Source of the DNA: an uncultured Acidobacteriota bacterium
GTDB lineage: Bacteria > Acidobacteriota > UBA6911
DNA length: 45,088 nucleotides
NCBI GenBank assembly: GCA_963827655.1
Contig: CAWHCF010000016.1
Span: forward strand, 1-45,088
Reading direction: 5' to 3'
Made by a program: the position numbers and the translations under genes. This document shows, one piece after another, positions 39,046 through 45,088 of this stretch; position 1 is the stretch's first letter; each line of letters begins with the position of its first letter. Below the pieces are notes generated by a model. That model saw only the letters and a program-made list of their open reading frames with translations. It did no database searches and was not told the DNA's origin.

Positions 39046-41196
39046 GTGAATACTCGGAGAGACTCCCTCTTTCGCTTCAGCCGCCGGCACGTTCATTCAG
39101 TTGCCGCACTCCTTCTCTACTCGGTCCTTTCGGTCATCCTGACTTATCCCGTTATTCGCGATCCCTGGCATGCGGTTCCGGGTGATCTGGGAGATCCTCT
39201 GCTGAACCTCTGGATCCTCGCGTGGAACTTCCACCAGGGGCTCGGATTTGCCGCTCACGATTTCTGGCAGGCGAATGTTTTCTACCCGGCTCCCGATGTC
39301 CTCGCCTATTCTGAACATCTCTTTGCCAGTGCACTCCTCGGATTACCGGTCTACCTGTTTTCAGGCAGCCTGATCCTGACTTACAACCTTCTTTTCCTCT
39401 CCTCCTTTGCCCTGTCAGGTTGGGGAATGTATCTCCTGGTGAGAGAACTCACCGAAAGAGAGGCGCCCGCGCTCGTGTGTGGGGCCATCTTTGCCTTTTG
39501 CCCGTTTCGTTTCGCCCACCTGTGGCAAATTCAGCTTCTGACCTACCAGTGGATACCATTCGTCTTTCTTTTCCTGAACCGCTTCTTGAAACAGCGCTCC
39601 TATCGCAATCTTTTGCTATTCACGCTTTTTTTCCTATTACAAGCCTTGTCATGCGGTTATTACGCGCTGTTTACAGGTCTCTTCGCCGGCCTGTTCATCG
39701 CGTACTTTCTTTACACTCAGCGTGAACTCTTCCGTTGGGACCTGTGCCGTAAGGTCCTGATCTCTGTCTTTGCCATCGTGCTCTGCGCAGGTCCCTTTCT
39801 CTATCCCTACCTTCGGGTCAAGCGGCTCTACGGGCTTTCCCGAAGTGTTGGAGAAACGATTCAGTTCTCAGCGGACTTGACCAGCTACATCTGTGCCCCG
39901 CCGGCTAACCGGATATGGGGCCCCATCACGCAGCAGTTCAGCAAGGTTGAAGGGCAGCTCCATCCTGGCTTGACCCTTATAGTCCTGGCGGCCGTGGGGG
40001 CGGGACTTTCATTGAAGCGTGGCCGTGCTGCGCCGTCGCAAAGACGCATGGCTGGATTCGCCCTGCTCACCGCGATTTCGGCCCTGGTGTTGTCACTGGG
40101 GCCCAAGGTTCAGCTGTTGGGAAGCTTCTGGTTTCCGGGGCCGTATTTCCTTGTCTACAAGCTCGTGCCCGGGTTCGATGGTCTCCGGGCTCCAGCCAGA
40201 ATCTCGCTGTTCTTTATATTCGGGGCGGCACTGCTTGCCGGTTACGGGATTCTGGCATTAATGCAACGGAGCCGGAACCCCAGACTGATTGCGTCGCTTC
40301 TCGGAATCCTGGTTCTCGTTGAGTATTTCTCGGTGCCGATTCCAGTGACGACGGTTCCGGGAAAAGGCCAACCGCCTCCGGTTTACCAGTGGCTGGGCAA
40401 ACAGACAGGGAACATGCCCATCGCAGAGCTGCCGATACGAACTCTGGACGTTGAATACAACTATTTCTCCGTGTTTCATTGGAAAGATCTCGTCAATGGT
40501 TATAGCGGCTATTACCCGCCGTGGTTCAGGCCGATGCGCACACTCCTGGAAACCTTCCCGTCTTCGGCTGCCCTCGATTTTCTCGAGGAAATCGGCGTCC
40601 GTTTTGTGATTGTGCATACCGGCAAGCTCGACCAGGAAGCCAGCGAGAGCATCACTTCGGCCTCATCTCACTTCGCTGACCGCCTTCGAAAGATCGAGAG
40701 CTTCGGGCCGGACGAGGTTTATGAAGTCATTCGGGCGGAGAAGATCACCAGGGAAACCGCGGCCCACCGCCTGGCAGATCGGATGGCTCAGCGTGGCCTC
40801 GACGGCGGCGCGCTCAAAGAGTTCTCACAGCAGATCAGTTCGCCTGCACCTCCGAAGACTTTACGCGCAAACGAAACCGTCCGCATCCCGGTTTCGGTAA
40901 AGAACAGCGGCAAAGTACCCTGGCCGGCGTTCGATTTTGGAGACATAAATCCGGTGCATTTCGCTTATCACTGGCTTGATGAGACAGGCAAGATGTATCA
41001 ACGGGATGGCGAGCGCACGGGATTACCTCATGTTGTGGCTCCCGCCCAGGAAATATCGCTAAGGGCGATCGTTAAAGCTCCCGGTCAAGCGGGACGGTTT
41101 ATTTTGCGGCTAACCATGGTGCAGGAAGACGTTGCGTGGTTCGACGCACGTGGAGGTAAACCCCTCGACATTGCGGTTGTCGTTACCGCCGATTAG
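39046..41196 (+). CDS. Polytopic GT-C-type glycosyltransferase (YfhO-like) with C-terminal Ig-like domain
   Basis: GDLGDPLLNLWILAW, NVFYP...LAYSE, many TM segments, PGFDGLRAPAR, LVNGYSGY.P, then VKNSGKVPW...YHW...PG...L.MVQEDVAWF. Confidence 0.75.
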   Translation: MNTRRDSLFRFSRRHVHSVAALLLYSVLSVILTYPVIRDPWHAVPGDLGDPLLNLWILAWNFHQGLGFAAHDFWQANVFYPAPDVLAYSEHLFASALLGLPVYLFSGSLILTYNLLFLSSFALSGWGMYLLVRELTEREAPALVCGAIFAFCPFRFAHLWQIQLLTYQWIPFVFLFLNRFLKQRSYRNLLLFTLFFLLQALSCGYYALFTGLFAGLFIAYFLYTQRELFRWDLCRKVLISVFAIVLCAGPFLYPYLRVKRLYGLSRSVGETIQFSADLTSYICAPPANRIWGPITQQFSKVEGQLHPGLTLIVLAAVGAGLSLKRGRAAPSQRRMAGFALLTAISALVLSLGPKVQLLGSFWFPGPYFLVYKLVPGFDGLRAPARISLFFIFGAALLAGYGILALMQRSRNPRLIASLLGILVLVEYFSVPIPVTTVPGKGQPPPVYQWLGKQTGNMPIAELPIRTLDVEYNYFSVFHWKDLVNGYSGYYPPWFRPMRTLLETFPSSAALDFLEEIGVRFVIVHTGKLDQEASESITSASSHFADRLRKIESFGPDEVYEVIRAEKITRETAAHRLADRMAQRGLDGGALKEFSQQISSPAPPKTLRANETVRIPVSVKNSGKVPWPAFDFGDINPVHFAYHWLDETGKMYQRDGERTGLPHVVAPAQEISLRAIVKAPGQAGRFILRLTMVQEDVAWFDARGGKPLDIAVVVTAD

Positions 41197-41238
41197 CGGT
41201 CTTCTTCGTGTCTTAATGGTGGCTTTTGTTCTTACGCG

Positions 41239-42972
41239 CTACCGCGGCCGGAAAGAGGCGGTGCGCACTATTATCCAGAGGTCCTTGGCTAATGACCAGG
41301 TCTCAATGTATTCGAGATCCGAGCGCAGTCTCTCTTCCACCGAAGTGTCTCCGCGCCAACCCCGTATCTGGGCGAGCCCCGTCAGACCTCCGCGCACGTC
41401 GAGCCGTCGTCTGAACTCCGGCATTTTAGCTTCGAAGATCCTGAGGAATTCCGGGCGCTCCGGCCGGGGCCCGACCAGGCTCATCTCCCCTTTGAGCACG
41501 TTCCACAGCTGCGGCAATTCGTCCACACCATACCGCCGCAGCCAGCCCCCGATCTGAGTACAGCGCGGATCGTCCTTCACGGCCCAGGTCGGTCCCTCGT
41601 CTCGTTCAGCATCCTCCCGCATGGTTCGGAGTTTGACCATGTCAAAGCTCTGCCCGCCAAGTCCAACCCGAGACTGAAAAAAGAAGCCCGGACCGGGCGA
41701 GCCGAGACGTATCGCGAGAGCCGTCAAAAAAATCGGCAAGCCAAGTATGGCCAAGCCCAGGAGAGAGACCGATATATCGAGGCCGCGTTTTAGCAGTCCC
41801 GAGATTCCTGACAACGAAGGATGAGGGTGTCGTGGCGGCTGTGCCGGACGAAGAGCAAAGACCGATTTTCCCTTCGATGAATTCTGCGCCTTTTCGACAA
41901 TCGCGCGCATCGACTGCCGGAACCTCTCGGCTGAAAATCGCTCCGCGTTCGCCCGCAGCTCTCCCGGCTTGAACTTGATTCGCTCCAGTCGCCGGACCGC
42001 TTCAACCAGGGCATCGGTCGTTTGCCTCCGGAACAGAACTCCTGTCACTTCGTCGATGACTGATTCGAGAGATCCGCCGGCGCCATAAGCAACGGCCGGT
42101 CGGCCACACGCCTGCGCTTCGAGCGAAGCCAGGCCAAAGTCCTCCTGGCCGGGTATGACCAAAGCGTGGCATTGCCGATAAAGCGTACGGAGCTCGTCCT
42201 TCGGAACAAAACCGCGGAACTCGATGTTAGGGCGCGCCCGTTTTCTGAGAAGCTGCAGATCGGGCCCGGAGCCCACCACGATCAACGAGCGTCCAAGTTC
42301 ATTGAAAGCATCCACGGCCAGGTCCAGGCGTTTGTACGGCACCAGAGCCGACACGATCAGGTAGAAACCCGGGACCCCATTGGCGTCTTGAGCCGGCGTG
42401 AAGAAGTTTGTTTCCACCGGCGGGTAGACCAGCTCTGCCGAACGTCCGTAGCAGCGCGAAATTCGATCCTGAACGTGGCGCGAATCGGCGATGAACTGAT
42501 CGACCCGGGCTGCGGTAGCAACATCCCAGGCGCGCAACGGCGTTGTCAGTGCTTTCAAAGCGGCTCTGCGGAGGCCGAGCGGGTCTGAATAGTGAAAATA
42601 CTCTTCCTGCATGTCCCAGATGTATCGCATCGGCGTGAGGCAGTAGCAGATGTGAATACTCCCAGGCGGCTTGCGAATTCCTTTGGCGGCCGCATGGCTG
42701 TTGCTGAGGATGACGTCAAAGCCACGAAGGTCGAAACGGGAGACCGCCCATGGGTAGAGCGGCAACAAGTACCTGTAATGGCGGGCTGCGCCCGGCAAAC
42801 GATCGAGAAAGGACGTCCGGATCGGCATCGCCTCGATCCGTGGCGTCACGGAGCCCCGGGCATGGAACAAGGTAAAAAGAGTGGCGTCCGGGAATAGCTC
42901 GCACAGCTCCTCCAGAACGCGTTCTCCTCCGCGCATTCCGGTGAGCCAGTCGTGCACAAGGGCTACTCTCAC
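41239..42972 (-). CDS. GT4 glycosyltransferase fused to a monotopic phosphoglycosyl transferase (bacterial sugar transferase)
   Basis: VALVHDWLTGMRGGERVL, EDFGLASLEAQACG (GT4); KRGLDI, KLRTM, DELPQLWNVLKGEMSLVGPRPERP, GLTGLAQI (PGT). Confidence 0.9.
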   Translation of the reverse strand: MRVALVHDWLTGMRGGERVLEELCELFPDATLFTLFHARGSVTPRIEAMPIRTSFLDRLPGAARHYRYLLPLYPWAVSRFDLRGFDVILSNSHAAAKGIRKPPGSIHICYCLTPMRYIWDMQEEYFHYSDPLGLRRAALKALTTPLRAWDVATAARVDQFIADSRHVQDRISRCYGRSAELVYPPVETNFFTPAQDANGVPGFYLIVSALVPYKRLDLAVDAFNELGRSLIVVGSGPDLQLLRKRARPNIEFRGFVPKDELRTLYRQCHALVIPGQEDFGLASLEAQACGRPAVAYGAGGSLESVIDEVTGVLFRRQTTDALVEAVRRLERIKFKPGELRANAERFSAERFRQSMRAIVEKAQNSSKGKSVFALRPAQPPRHPHPSLSGISGLLKRGLDISVSLLGLAILGLPIFLTALAIRLGSPGPGFFFQSRVGLGGQSFDMVKLRTMREDAERDEGPTWAVKDDPRCTQIGGWLRRYGVDELPQLWNVLKGEMSLVGPRPERPEFLRIFEAKMPEFRRRLDVRGGLTGLAQIRGWRGDTSVEERLRSDLEYIETWSLAKDLWIIVRTASFRPR

Positions 42973-43154
42973 CCCGGGAATGGTAGTCTCGAACGCTCGA
43001 AGGTGTCAATTCCACAGGCCCTTCTTTGTGTCGATTATTCGCTTTCCACTGACATAGTCGTGATTTCTTCCGAACCATTAGAGCAAAAACGCAATTCCAT
43101 TGCCGCAACCGGACCGCGCGGGTAGACTCACAGCTCAAGGGTGGGAAGCCGCAA

Positions 43155-44735
43155 ATGGAAACCCGCGACAATCAGGAGCGAGTGACGCCCGAGGTTCGGA
43201 TCCGGGATGTGGTCATGATCTTTGCGGCGATAACCGTATTGCATATCAGCATCCTGCAGCGCTATCCGATCATCTATGGAGGGGACACCATCATCCGGCT
43301 GGTAAATTTCCCTAAAATCCTGATCGGCTACCAGCTCCCTCTTTTTCAGGTCCTGCTCCACTACACGATGCTCGCGTTCTACCATCCCCTGGCAGTATGG
43401 ATCCTGATGGCGCTCGTGTCAGCGGCTGGAGCGTCAGGACTCTATGCTCTGACCCTGCAGCTCAGCGGTGACCGGCGCGCGGCCTGGCTTGCGGTTGTCC
43501 TCTACGCCACCCATCCTTTCATCGTCCTGTATTCCCGCGTCCCTTACCAGGAGCCTCTTCTCTGGGCGGGGCTGGTTTGGGGCTTCTACTACCTCTTCCG
43601 CCCTCCCTCGGCGCGGAATCTGGTTCTCTCGAGCGTCTGGATCGGAATAGCGTGTCTTACCAGGTATGAAGGATGGATCGGGGCCGCGGTGGCCGCGGCG
43701 TATCACATCTGGAGGACCCCGGAGATCGGGGGCAAACTTCGTCTCCGACATCTCGTTCAATCCGCGATGCTCTTCGGCTGGGCCCCGCTTTTGTGGCTGG
43801 CTTGGAACAGAGGCGTCAGTCCCGGCGGGACCTATGTGCTGGATTGGGGGTCGGAGTGGGCGCGGCTCTACCGTCCCTACTTCGTCGTGAAATCCGCTCT
43901 GTGGTGGACCGATTCCGCCGTGATCCTGATGTCTCTATTGGGACTTGCTTTGACCTGGGCCCATGTCCGAACGCCAAAACAAAACCAGTCTCACGCCACG
44001 CTCGCTTTCTTCACCATCCTGTTTCTGGGCGCGCTCATCTTCTCAGCACACGGCATCAAGCCCGACCCACTGCGGTTTGTAACCGAACGGGAAGCATATG
44101 TGCCGATTGCCTTGCTGATCCTGTACGCAGGAGTAGGCGGGAGCCGATTGGCTGGAGAACTGGCTCGAATGCTTGCCCGCGCCCCGCTGTTTGCGTAATG
44201 GCCTGCTGCTTCTTGCGCTGCTTCTGATCGCGGCGCTAGGTCTCAACCGGGGGATTCACCGCGTCGCCGCAGCCAACGAAGATCCCGAGGTGAAAACAAG
44301 TTTCGAAGTGGCGCAGTTCCTGGCCAGGAAGCAAACGCCGGCACTGATTCTGGCTCGACCGCTGCCCGAAGACCAATTGCGCTTCCACCTGGATCGCGCC
44401 GAAAAAAGTGGCGGGGCCAGGGGAAGAGAGATGGCCATTCGGATGCTGCGGGAGACGGAGACCACACCTTTCGATTACCAGCGCGTCCTTGCGTTTTCGT
44501 GGATGGGGCGGGAAAAGATTCTGAGCGCGATCGGCTCAAAGATCTCGAGGCATCATTCTGCGAAAAATTTGTACGGGATCGGCAAATCGAGTACCTTGTA
44601 ATTTTTGATGACTTCGTTCCGGCTCAGAATCATGAACGGCTGCTGTCGTCGTATGCGGAAGGCCGTCATCCCGAGGTTGAAATCCGGAACGGGAATAAAG
44701 GCGCCCGGATTTACCGATTGAGCACTGAGCATTGA
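43155..44735 (+). CDS. Polytopic GT-C/ArnT-like membrane glycosyltransferase; frameshifts near 44190 and 44520
   Basis: Multiple TM segments, YATHPF...SRVPYQEPL, ACLTRYEGW, ERE motif; continues through ORFs 44173-44601 and 44499-44735. Confidence 0.65.
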
Positions 44736-44834
44736 CATGTGCGATAATGTCCTTCTCTCCTGCCTCTCCCGCAAGCTCGGTTGTATACTTGGTGTATAAC
44801 CACCAAGACTAGCGAATCGCGAATATACCTCAAG

Positions 44835-45088
44835 ATGACTGAAAAGCTTGCCGATGCGTGGGATCTTTGGGTCGGGGCTGCCCGGCTCGTTGGTCGAGCA
44901 CTTACGCCGTTGGGTGCTCACCTGCGGCTCGAAACCAACAGCCCGGAGGTCGTCCAGGCGTGTGGGCAGGTTCGGGCGCTATGGCTCTCCATCTTCACCG
45001 GATTCCAGAGACGCTCAAATCGTAATCCGACTCCTGGTGGACAATGCTTTCAATGAGGTTCCTCCCTGGCCCGACCCGGTTTTCCGAG
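44835..45088 (+). CDS. Partial gene at window edge, possibly an HprK-related kinase N-terminus
   Basis: PLGAHLRLETNSPEVVQA resembles N-termini of HprK-related proteins (from recall); probably frameshifted and truncated. Confidence 0.35.

Larger units (their letters stand above)
621..44817. repeat. Dispersed family of degenerate 9-mer tandem repeats (consensus about ACCAC[GAAGACAC.]n / [TCTTCGTG]nGT)
   Basis: Copies near 621-648, 5437-5466, 9593-9616, 14045-14080, 16962-17026, 20126-20210, 26238-26273, 29463-29490, 35985-36008, 37691-37712, 38462-38537, 38979-39015, 41200-41222 and 44799-44817; all intergenic or at gene ends. Confidence 0.8.

Overview
45-kb GC-rich bacterial window, most likely Acidobacteriota (inferred from Oar-like TonB-dependent receptors, an ECF sigma/Ser-Thr kinase pair, a class D sortase and a PQQ dehydrogenase/cytochrome c pair). 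Many long genes are broken by single-base indels, more like unpolished long-read errors than true pseudogenes. Contents in order: an LRR-Roc-COR-TIR/DUF4062-like (Roco) gene with 12 near-identical 66-bp LRR units varying mainly at two codons; two hypothetical genes; a TonB receptor; a cation/H+ antiporter; an SDR; an integron-like methyltransferase cassette with an attC site and an isochorismatase remnant; a CP-ATP-grasp/alpha-E/transglutaminase operon; a sortase; a GH-like protein; a Nudix CoAse; cytochrome c plus a PQQ dehydrogenase with a lanthanide-type DxD motif; two TonB receptors; an ECF/kinase module whose promoter region is duplicated ahead of two secreted repeat proteins; a SpoIIE phosphatase; yjbQ; and a glycosylation cluster with a GT4-phosphoglycosyl transferase fusion. 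Intergenic DNA is rich in small repeats: a degenerate 9-mer family in about 15 places, a two-copy ~120-bp hexamer-repeat element, and REP/REPIN-like palindromes. No rRNA, tRNA, CRISPR, integrase, transposase or reverse transcriptase was recognised. All assignments come from reading motifs by eye, with no database searches.
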